Assembly (NCBI GenBank): GCA_964529715.1
Contig: CAZGXI010000007.1
Location: 17,882-81,881, forward strand
DNA from: an uncultured Anaerolineae bacterium
GTDB taxonomy: Bacteria; Chloroflexota; Anaerolineae; Aggregatilineales; Ch27
Direction of reading: 5' to 3'
DNA length: 64,000 bases
In this document: piece after piece, positions 8,484 to 16,276 of the stretch
How positions within the stretch are numbered: the stretch's first letter is position 1
Layout: each line of letters opens with the position of its first letter
The notes under the pieces: generated by a model
What the model was told of the DNA's origin: nothing
Databases searched by the model: none
The model's input: the letters and a program-made list of their open reading frames with translations, nothing else
Program-made: the position numbers and the translations under genes

Positions 8484-8798
8484 CTACGCCGGGTTGATCT
8501 GATCGATGCGCAACCGGGTGTAATACTGACGGTGCCCACGACGCCGACGGATGCGCTTCTTCGGCCTGTACTTCCAGACGAGAATCTTGCGGGCACGGTA
8601 CTGGTCAACCACCGTCGCCCGGACGCTCGCGCCTTCCACGAGGGGGCGTCCGACGACTGCCTTCTCGCCATCGGCCAGCAGTAGCACTTCGGTCAGATCG
8701 ACGGTCGCCCCGACTTCATAGGGCAACCGCTCGACATCGATAGTCGCACCCACTTCGGCGCGGTACTGGCGTCCGCCAGTGCGGATGATCGCATACAT
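8484..8798 (-). CDS. rplU: Ribosomal protein L21
   Basis: MYAIIRTGGRQYRAEVG... is the internal start of ORF 8484..8960 (ATG 8798, TGGAG upstream). Confidence 0.95.
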   Translation of the reverse strand: MYAIIRTGGRQYRAEVGATIDVERLPYEVGATVDLTEVLLLADGEKAVVGRPLVEGASVRATVVDQYRARKILVWKYRPKKRIRRRRGHRQYYTRLRIDQINPA

Positions 8799-8913
8799 GG
8801 TGAAGAACTCCAATCTTCTCTTTGCCGCCGCTGGCGTCAATAACAGGTGGACGCACGCACGGGGAAAATTGGGATAGATGAAACGCCGTTCCCACAACCA
8901 CCGGAACAGGGCT

Positions 8914-8942
8914 ATTATAGCGGCCTGGCCGGGGAGCGTCAA
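8914..8942 (-). promoter_or_regulatory. Near-consensus sigma-70-type promoter for rplU-rpmA, overlapping the pepA stop codon
   Basis: Minus strand reads TTGACG (8942-8937), a 17-nt spacer, then TATAAT (8919-8914). This leaves a leader of roughly 110 nt before the rplU ATG. Confidence 0.5.
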
Positions 8943-10468
8943 TGCTCTTTTGGCCTCCAACGGCGGACGAATTCCGTCAACAGGCGGACGCCATAACCCG
9001 TCGCGCCCTTACCCGGCATGTAGGGGTTATCTTTGGCCTCGAACTCCAGCCCTGCCATGTCGATGTGCGCCCAGGCCGGGTAATCGACGAAGTGTTTGAG
9101 GAACATGGCCGACGAGCCAACCCCACTCCCCGCCCCGCCGCTGTTCTTGATGTCGGCCACATCGGACTCAATCGTTTTCTCATATTCTGGGAATAGCGGC
9201 AAAGGCCACAGTTTTTCGGCGGTGGCATCGGCAGCAGTCAGCAGCCGGTCTCGCAGGGCATCATCCGTGCTGAACAGCCCCGCCGCCACCGCCCCCAGCG
9301 CCGTGAGGCACGCACCGGTCAGCGTAGCAATGTCCACCACCGCCGCAGGCTTGAAGCGTGCCGCGAAGACCAGCGCATCCGCCAGCAACAACCGTCCTTC
9401 GGCATCGGTGTTGCTGACCTCGATGGTCACGCCGTTGCTGGCCGTCAGCACCTCCTGCGGGCGATAGGCATGGCCACTGATCATGTTATCGGCGGCGGGC
9501 ATCAGCCCGACCACGTGCAGCGGCACATCGAGCAGCGCAATGGCGCGCATCGCACCCATCACGGCAGCAGCGCCCGCCATGTCGCCTTTCATGCTGTTCA
9601 TGCCCTGCGAAGTCTTGAGGTTGTAGCCACCCGTGTCGAACGTCACCCCTTTGCCAACCAGCACGACTGTATCCAGTTCTCCGGCACGGGCACCGTGATG
9701 TTCCAGAATGATAAAACGCGGCGGGGAATCGCTGCCGCGTGCCACGCCGAGCAACGCCCCCATGTTGAGCGCCTCTATCTGACCTTTTTCGAGCACCTGA
9801 ACGCGCAAGCCGACCTCCTCTGCCAGGCGGGTTGCCGTTTCGGCCATGTAGGCCGGCGTACAGACATTCGGCGGTGTGTTGACCAGATCGCGCGTGAGGG
9901 TCACGCCAGAAGCAATAGCCTGTGCCGTCACCAGGCCGCGCTGTACGGCGGGCAGGTCCGCGTCCTTAAAAACGCACAGTTCCAACACATTGGGAAAAGC
10001 GTTTTCCGTCTCGGCCTTCTTGTAGCCGCGATAGGTGTACAACGCCAGCAAACTGGCCTCGGCCACCGCCTGCGCCGCTACCTCCACGTCCAGCCCACCT
10101 GCGTCGGCCCCGTGCAGGATCGTGGCGACTCGCTGGGCTTTCAGCTCGCGCGCCTTCGTAATCGCATAGGCTGCTGCGCGACGAGCCTGATCGAGTGTGA
10201 AGCTATCCTGCGCCCCCAGACCGACCACGATCACGCGGCGGGCAGGGATCGCGCCGCGTGGATAGAACACGGCCACCTGCCCGGCCTTGCCGCTGAAATC
10301 GCCGCCGGCAATCAGGTCCTGGAGCGCGCCACCCAGGGCAGCATCGACCGCGCCGGTCGCGCCGCCGGGTTGGGCGTTTTCAAAAAGATTGACGACGATA
10401 GCATCGGCGTCACTATCCTGGATGGCTCCGCATATGGCTTTTACATCCACGAGGCGTCTCTCCTGCAA
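8939..10468 (-). CDS. pepA: Leucyl aminopeptidase (peptidase M17)
   Basis: 509 aa. VGKGVTFDTGGYNLK and NTDAEGRLLLADAL motifs. Confidence 0.93.
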   Translation of the reverse strand: MQERRLVDVKAICGAIQDSDADAIVVNLFENAQPGGATGAVDAALGGALQDLIAGGDFSGKAGQVAVFYPRGAIPARRVIVVGLGAQDSFTLDQARRAAAYAITKARELKAQRVATILHGADAGGLDVEVAAQAVAEASLLALYTYRGYKKAETENAFPNVLELCVFKDADLPAVQRGLVTAQAIASGVTLTRDLVNTPPNVCTPAYMAETATRLAEEVGLRVQVLEKGQIEALNMGALLGVARGSDSPPRFIILEHHGARAGELDTVVLVGKGVTFDTGGYNLKTSQGMNSMKGDMAGAAAVMGAMRAIALLDVPLHVVGLMPAADNMISGHAYRPQEVLTASNGVTIEVSNTDAEGRLLLADALVFAARFKPAAVVDIATLTGACLTALGAVAAGLFSTDDALRDRLLTAADATAEKLWPLPLFPEYEKTIESDVADIKNSGGAGSGVGSSAMFLKHFVDYPAWAHIDMAGLEFEAKDNPYMPGKGATGYGVRLLTEFVRRWRPKEH

Positions 10469-10662
10469 GGTAGCGTAAGGATTCCGTTTATCAGCGCGCT
10501 GCCGCCGCGTTGAAGTACCTCAGTTTTACCCCAGATCATTTGCTTTTCATATTTGTCCGGTTATAGCTTTCTTCGAATTATGGGCAATCAAGAAGAGGGG
10601 AACTTGTGGCAGCCATGCAAAAAGAGTAGAACGTAGAAAACAGGTGAACACGGTTGATTTTC

Positions 10663-12240
10663 ATGGCAGCCGAACTCTACCGGGCAGCAGTGAACGCCCT
10701 GCGCGATGGCGACTGGTATCGCGCAGCAGCACACCTGCTGACTCTGGTCTTCGATGAACAGGACCCAGGCGCCAGGGGCGCGCTGGTCACCCTGGAAAAA
10801 GCGCATCCCGGCGACTATTGGCGCGCCGCTTTCAGCTTTGCCCTGGAACGCGGTGCCTGGGATCACGCGGCATCTGCCCTTGCCAGGCTCGGTGAACTGG
10901 CGACGCCGTCGTCCGATCTGGCGCAGCTTCACGAACAGCTCCAGACCGCGCGCGCCTCTGGGATCATCTCAAAACCCCGCCAGGCTCAAGAAGCACCGTC
11001 CAGCCGGGATCGCCCAGACATAAACCAGGCCGGCGTTGTGCTCCCCCTCGGCCCGAACAGCTTGCAGTCACAGCCAAAACCAGGCCGAACCGCCGCTGCT
11101 GCACCGTCCGAAGAATTCACCTTCGACAACATCAACGGCGTCGGCCAGGAAGTCGAGCCGAAGTCGATTTCTGTACTACTGCGGCTGCCTGGTCGCCAGG
11201 CAGCCCAACGGGACAGGCCACTCCCGCCGGACGCCTTCGCGCCGCCGGGCTTCGAGGATCAGCCGACGTCCCCCGGCCATGCACCACCCTCGCTGCCGGA
11301 GATGAACACCCCATCTTCGACCACGCCGCCAGAAGCGCGCCGGGTGTTAAAGTCGGTGGCCTTTGGCAACAACGACAACCTGGCGCTGGGCGTTTCGACC
11401 GGTCCGGTTTATAACACGCTGGGAGAACCGCGCGCCCTCAAGCTGCCAGCTTTTCTGGAAGCAGACCTGCCCAAACCGAATATCGAAGATACGCCTCCCC
11501 TGCCGCACGCGCCACTCAACGAGCCAACCCGTTCGCCGCAAGACACACCGCCTCACCCCCAATTGGCAGCCGCGCTTGGGGCTTCGTCCGCTCAGGGAGG
11601 ACTGCCGGAAGACCTGTTCGGAGAACACTGGGACGCAGCGATTGGCCTGTCTGAAGATACGGTCCCTACCAGCCCTCCTACGTCGATCCCACAGCGCCGA
11701 CCGCCGGATCGCCTGGGCCGCCTGCTGATCGCCATTGGAGGCTTGCTGATCGTCCTGGTGCTGGGAATCGGCCTGGCACTGCGCGCGCAAGGCGACCTCG
11801 CGGCAGTTGCAGACACGATAGAAGATGCGCAGCAGAACACACCTCAGCCAGAACAGACCGGCGAGGCGATGGACAGAGCAGACGAACTGACGGCGCTGAT
11901 CGGGCAGATCGACGCCTGGCTACAAAACCCTAACCATGCTGAAGCCTCGGCCCGACTGCGCGATTCCAGTGCAGTGGTGCTGCGCCTGACCGAAGAAAAA
12001 AGTCCGCTGCGAACAGCCTTACTGGCCTGGATCGAGGCCGGGGCCGCAATGCTAGCAGCAGATGTGCGCGTCGCTGAAGCGTGCGCCGCACCAGACGAAC
12101 AGGTTATGTGCACCGACGCCCGGCTGGATTACCAGGCCCGCGCCGCCGAGACCCACCTCGCCCGCCAGGCCGTTTGCCTGCTGGCACCCTGCCCTACGCT
12201 CCCACAGTCGCTTCCCAGACCGGAACGCTGTGACCCGTGA
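10663..12240 (+). CDS. Hypothetical single-pass membrane protein with a Pro-rich cytoplasmic region
   Basis: ATG 10663 (the track ORF starts at TTG 10654). Helical N-terminus, a long Pro/Ser-rich middle, one TM (LLIAIGGLLIVLVLGIGLAL) and a helical Cys-containing C-terminal domain. No known domain recognised. Confidence 0.6.
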   Translation: MAAELYRAAVNALRDGDWYRAAAHLLTLVFDEQDPGARGALVTLEKAHPGDYWRAAFSFALERGAWDHAASALARLGELATPSSDLAQLHEQLQTARASGIISKPRQAQEAPSSRDRPDINQAGVVLPLGPNSLQSQPKPGRTAAAAPSEEFTFDNINGVGQEVEPKSISVLLRLPGRQAAQRDRPLPPDAFAPPGFEDQPTSPGHAPPSLPEMNTPSSTTPPEARRVLKSVAFGNNDNLALGVSTGPVYNTLGEPRALKLPAFLEADLPKPNIEDTPPLPHAPLNEPTRSPQDTPPHPQLAAALGASSAQGGLPEDLFGEHWDAAIGLSEDTVPTSPPTSIPQRRPPDRLGRLLIAIGGLLIVLVLGIGLALRAQGDLAAVADTIEDAQQNTPQPEQTGEAMDRADELTALIGQIDAWLQNPNHAEASARLRDSSAVVLRLTEEKSPLRTALLAWIEAGAAMLAADVRVAEACAAPDEQVMCTDARLDYQARAAETHLARQAVCLLAPCPTLPQSLPRPERCDP

Positions 12241-13063
12241 ATTCAAATCCAAAGCGGCGATACAACCGCTGCGATGTTGTATTGCTCCGCTGCGTGTTGA
12301 GCGTGATCGCTTCTACACCTGCTGCTTCCAGAGACAACAGCGCCCGCCGCAGCAGTGTCCCACCGACGCCCTGTCCCTGCATTGCCGGCGCGGTCGCCAG
12401 TCGGGCAATGTGCCCACCTTCGGCGTACTGCGCTGAAATCTCATATCCCACCACACTGCCGCCATGTTCCGCCAGCGTGAAAGACACAGGCTGGCGCAGC
12501 ACGGTATACAGGTCCTCCTCCTCAAGCTGCCAGGGAACATCGAAAGCCGCGTGATCGACCGCCAGCACGGCAGGCAGATCGCGCGCTTCTACCGGGCGCA
12601 GAATCAGGTCGGCGCGTGGCAGCGGCAGTTCCCGCCCTGCCCTGTTAGCCCGCCGCAGCGTAACCACATCCTCTACGTGAGCGAATGCCAACGTTTCAAC
12701 AGCCTGTTCCAGCCAGATATAGCCCGCCAGCACAAACACCCGGCACGCACCCGCATTGGTCAGCGCCGGGCGTAGATACCCCCACAACGCCCGCAGCGCC
12801 GCCTGCACAGGCACGCCGCTGTCCAGGGCGATCAGGCGCAGCCAGCTTGCGCCTCCACGCGGCGTCGAGGCAGCCATCAGCGCAGCGAGACTGCGGCCTT
12901 GCCAGCCTAAGTAGACCAGCGCCGCCGGGCCGGTGAGCCATGTATCGACATCCTGCCAATCCAGATGTAGGTGCAGGCGAGCATGGTGGGTCAGCAACCG
13001 CTGCACCGCCGGACGATGCTCTGGCGCATAGGTAGTCACGGTCAAAGAAAGTGAGTTCAGCAT
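12194..13063 (-). CDS. GNAT family N-acetyltransferase (two-lobed)
   Basis: Internal ATG 13063 (MLNSLSL...). The C-terminal half has the acetyl-CoA motif RLATAPAMQGQGVGGTLLRRAL...SQRLYRRFGFE. The longer ORF would overlap the upstream gene. Confidence 0.75.
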   Translation of the reverse strand: MLNSLSLTVTTYAPEHRPAVQRLLTHHARLHLHLDWQDVDTWLTGPAALVYLGWQGRSLAALMAASTPRGGASWLRLIALDSGVPVQAALRALWGYLRPALTNAGACRVFVLAGYIWLEQAVETLAFAHVEDVVTLRRANRAGRELPLPRADLILRPVEARDLPAVLAVDHAAFDVPWQLEEEDLYTVLRQPVSFTLAEHGGSVVGYEISAQYAEGGHIARLATAPAMQGQGVGGTLLRRALLSLEAAGVEAITLNTQRSNTTSQRLYRRFGFEFTGHSVPVWEATVGA

Positions 13064-13130
13064 GAAAAAAGTGTAGCGACGGATCAGTTCCGCCGCTACT
13101 TGAGAAAGTATTCGGCGCAACAGGCGCACT

Positions 13131-14174
13131 CTACGCGCCATCCCCCTGCCCGGCCAGCAGTTGATCCAGGGCGACACGGGCCGGCGTGAAGTGGGGATTG
13201 AACGCCAACACCGTCTGAAAGTTAGCGGTGGCGCGGTCTGTCTCGCCACGCGCGGCGCGGGCTAGTCCGGCATAATAATACGTCTCCTCGACGTAAGTCG
13301 TTGTGCCCAGGTTCACCTCCACCAGCGCCAGCACGTCGTCGTAACGCCCGACCTGGTAGTACGCCTCAAACATTCCGAACTGATACCACAGCATCCGCCA
13401 GGGCAGCCCTGGACCGGCATTGCGCGCCTGGTCATAGGCGATGGCAGCTTCCTGGTACATTCCCAGCAGCACGTAGCTCGTGCCCATGTTGAACCAGGCA
13501 AAGGGATCACTTTGATCGGCGACAGCCTCCTGACGGGCAGCTTCCAGGGCGCGAGCGGCATTCGCCTGTTCATCGGCATCCTCGCCCAGCAGAGCCAACA
13601 GTTCGGCCTCGCGCTCTGGTGTATAAAGCACAATGTACACACGGTTGAAGTGCCGCCAGTAGTGATCGACTTCTTGCCGGGTAAGTGTCCGGTTCGGCCC
13701 CAGGAAAGAATCCTGCATGGTGAACGTTCCCACACCATCATCGTAGCCAACGATCAGCTCGTAATGGCCCATCCAGTCATAGCCCTCCGGCTCAAATCCG
13801 GCCTCGATAAGAACCGGGAAATCGTTGGCGATCAACCGGCGCAAGGTGTCGAGCGTCCCGCCGTAGCGGACCAACGCCCGAACAGGCGTCTGCGTGTTGA
13901 CGAACTCGACCATCTGCCAGGGTGAGACATTTTTATCCTCAGGGTTCGGCTTAAGCCAGTTCGCCGCCGTGTACTGGTCATTTGCCCAACCGAAGAAGCT
14001 CAGGCCCATCGTCAACGTGGCCGGGCCGCAGTTGTTCCAACCCTGGTATTCGTGGCGGATGCCGGTCAACAGCGCCGACGTGGGCAGCACATCATCCCCC
14101 CCACCCTGCGCCAGAGTCGGGAATACGTTTGCCAGAAGCAATGCTAATAGCAGAACAACAGTCAAACGACGCAT
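13131..14174 (-). CDS. Secreted C39-like cysteine peptidase domain protein with C-terminal TPR repeats
   Basis: Signal peptide MRRLTVVLLLALLLANVFPTLAQ. QGWNNCGPATLTMGL matches the Peptidase_C39_2 catalytic Cys context. TPR-like repeats in the C-terminal third. Confidence 0.75.
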   Translation of the reverse strand: MRRLTVVLLLALLLANVFPTLAQGGGDDVLPTSALLTGIRHEYQGWNNCGPATLTMGLSFFGWANDQYTAANWLKPNPEDKNVSPWQMVEFVNTQTPVRALVRYGGTLDTLRRLIANDFPVLIEAGFEPEGYDWMGHYELIVGYDDGVGTFTMQDSFLGPNRTLTRQEVDHYWRHFNRVYIVLYTPEREAELLALLGEDADEQANAARALEAARQEAVADQSDPFAWFNMGTSYVLLGMYQEAAIAYDQARNAGPGLPWRMLWYQFGMFEAYYQVGRYDDVLALVEVNLGTTTYVEETYYYAGLARAARGETDRATANFQTVLAFNPHFTPARVALDQLLAGQGDGA

Positions 14175-14363
14175 CGAATCACCTCGTGTCGTGAAATCGG
14201 TTTTCGGACTCAGTATGCCACATTCGGCCTTGTGCTGCCCGCCGCCTGGCTGACGCCTGTCCTACGCGAACCCGGCCACCAGCGGTCAGCATTCAGCAAT
14301 CAGCCGTCGGCAAGGTTTTACCGCTCCCAGGCCAGGCCAGAAATGCGATTTTAAGTTAAGCTG

Positions 14364-15692
14364 ATGCCACCGACTACCGGACTGACTGACGAAAGTGGAC
14401 CGCCGATGACTGCCGATTCACTCGCCGATTTGCTCCTCCTCAACGCCGGGCAGTTGTGTACGATCCCACCGCACAATGGTGGGCCACAGCGCGGGCGCGC
14501 CCTGGGCGCCCTCGGCCTGATTGCAGGCGGCGCGCTGGCCGTCAAGGACGGCCTGCTTGTGGACGTTGGGCCGACGCGCCGGATCGAGTCCCGCTGGCGG
14601 GCAGACACGATCCTCGATGCACGGGGCCGCCTGGTCACGCCGGGGCTGGTCGATCCGCACACGCATCTTATCTGGGCAGGGAATCGGGCGGAGGAATTCG
14701 AGCGGCGGATCGCAGGCACGACCTACCAGCAGATCATGGCCGAGGGCGGCGGCATCCTCCACACGATGCGCGCCACACGCTCCGCCGGGCCGGACGCCCT
14801 GGCCGAAAAAGCGACTGTTCGCCTCAACACGGCCCTGGCGCACGGCACGACCACGCTGGAGATCAAGACAGGTTACGGCCTGACCCCCGGCGCGGAGAGC
14901 GCCATGTTGGAAGCCATCGCCCTGCTGAGCACACGGCATCCGGTCCGGCTTGTGCCGACCTTTCTGGGTGCACACGCCGTGCCGCCCGAATACCAGGACG
15001 ATCCCAACGCTTATGTGGAGCAGATCATCGCCGAGATGCTTCCCGCTGCTGCCGCCTGGAAGACCCGACGCTGGCCCGGCGACCTGTTCTGCGACGTGTT
15101 CTGCGAGGACGGTGCGTTTACCCTGGAACAAACGGGCCGCATCCTACAAGCGGCACGCGCTGCCGGGTTCAAGATCAAAATCCACGTGGATGAGTTCAAG
15201 GCGCTGGGCGGGACGACCCTCGGTGTCGAACTGGGCGCCGTCTCGCTGGATCACCTGGATGCCACGCCGGATGAGGAGATCGCTCTGCTGGGCCGCAGCA
15301 ATACGGTTGCCGTGCTGCTGCCGCTGGTGCCGTTCAACCTGGGTCTAACGCGCTTCCCTCCAGCGCAGAAATTCCTTGACGCGGGCGCAATTGTCGCCCT
15401 GGCGACCGACTGCAACCCCGGCACCGCGTGGTGCGAAAACCTGCAAATGGCGATGGCCGTCGCGGAACGCTATCTACGCCTGACGCCAGGACAAGCCCTG
15501 GCCGCCTGCACCCTCAATGCTGCCTATGCCGTCGGCCTGGGCGACCGCGTGGGCAGCCTCCAGGTGGGCCGCACTGCCGACGTGGTCATCTGGGACACCG
15601 ATGATTATCGAGAGTTGGGTTATCACTTCGGCGTGAACTTGGCGCAGACGGTCGTCATCGGCGGGCAGGTCGTGTTTGCAGCCACGTCGTAA
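14364..15692 (+). CDS. hutI: Imidazolonepropionase (amidohydrolase superfamily)
   Basis: GLVDPHTHL, KIHVDEF and ATDCNPG motifs. ATG 14406 (MTADSL...) is an alternative start. No hutH or hutU nearby. Confidence 0.85.
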   Translation: MPPTTGLTDESGPPMTADSLADLLLLNAGQLCTIPPHNGGPQRGRALGALGLIAGGALAVKDGLLVDVGPTRRIESRWRADTILDARGRLVTPGLVDPHTHLIWAGNRAEEFERRIAGTTYQQIMAEGGGILHTMRATRSAGPDALAEKATVRLNTALAHGTTTLEIKTGYGLTPGAESAMLEAIALLSTRHPVRLVPTFLGAHAVPPEYQDDPNAYVEQIIAEMLPAAAAWKTRRWPGDLFCDVFCEDGAFTLEQTGRILQAARAAGFKIKIHVDEFKALGGTTLGVELGAVSLDHLDATPDEEIALLGRSNTVAVLLPLVPFNLGLTRFPPAQKFLDAGAIVALATDCNPGTAWCENLQMAMAVAERYLRLTPGQALAACTLNAAYAVGLGDRVGSLQVGRTADVVIWDTDDYRELGYHFGVNLAQTVVIGGQVVFAATS

Positions 15693-15789
15693 CATTCGTG
15701 CCTTTCCGGGCGTCTAACCCTCAGACGCACACAAAACGGCGACGACGGCTTGAAGCCGCCGCCACAAAATCCTTTGGAAAGGCACGCTC

Positions 15790-16218
15790 ATGCTGATCGA
15801 CGTTATCCGCGCGCACCCGGCGCCTGTGCTGCTGATCGTGTTTGCGGCAGCGTTCCTACTGCTGCACATCATCCTCTACATCCACCCCAGCCCCATCGAC
15901 TCCCCGGCGGCGCTCCAGGCCCGGCTGAACGGCGGGCGCCCTGTGCTGCTGGAAATCTATTCCAACCTTTGAACAATGTGCACCGTATCGAAGCCCATCG
16001 TGGATGGGCTGGAAACGGAACTGCAAGGTCGGGTCGAAGTGTTGCGGGTGGACCTGCTGGGCGAAGTCGGGCGCGATGCAGCCCGACAGTACGGTGTGCG
16101 GCTCGTGCCAACACTGCTGCTGTTCGACGGCGCAGGAAACGTGGTCGCGCGTCACGAGGGCATTCTATTGGACGCGGGGGCCATTCGCAGCGCGGCCCTG
16201 GCCCTGCTAGAACGCTAA
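15790..16218 (+). CDS. Membrane-anchored thioredoxin-fold protein, candidate selenoprotein (TGA 15970-15972 read as Sec, UxxC motif)
   Basis: ORFs 15790..15972 and 15976..16218 share one frame. The junction reads PVLLEIYSNL-TGA-TMC-TVSKPIVDGLE. Pro lies 5 residues after the second Cys and the cis-Pro motif RLVPTLLLF is present. The N-terminus is a TM helix. Confidence 0.65.
15983..16018 (+). promoter_or_regulatory. SECIS-like stem-loop downstream of the in-frame TGA
   Basis: Upper stem AGCCCATC (15992-15999) pairs with GATGGGCT (16003-16010), with loop GUG. Lower stem CCGT (15983-15986) pairs with ACGG (16015-16018) across an internal loop. The upper stem starts 19 nt after the TGA. Confidence 0.5.
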
Positions 16219-16224
16219 CGATCA

Positions 16225-16249
16225 GGGGCGCGCCATCATAGCGCGCCCC
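16225..16249. terminator. GC hairpin between convergent genes (possible bidirectional terminator, no U-tract)
   Basis: GGGGCGCGC-catcata-GCGCGCCCC. Confidence 0.4.
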
Positions 16250-16276
16250 CACGAAAGCTCTACGACAAACCTGCCC

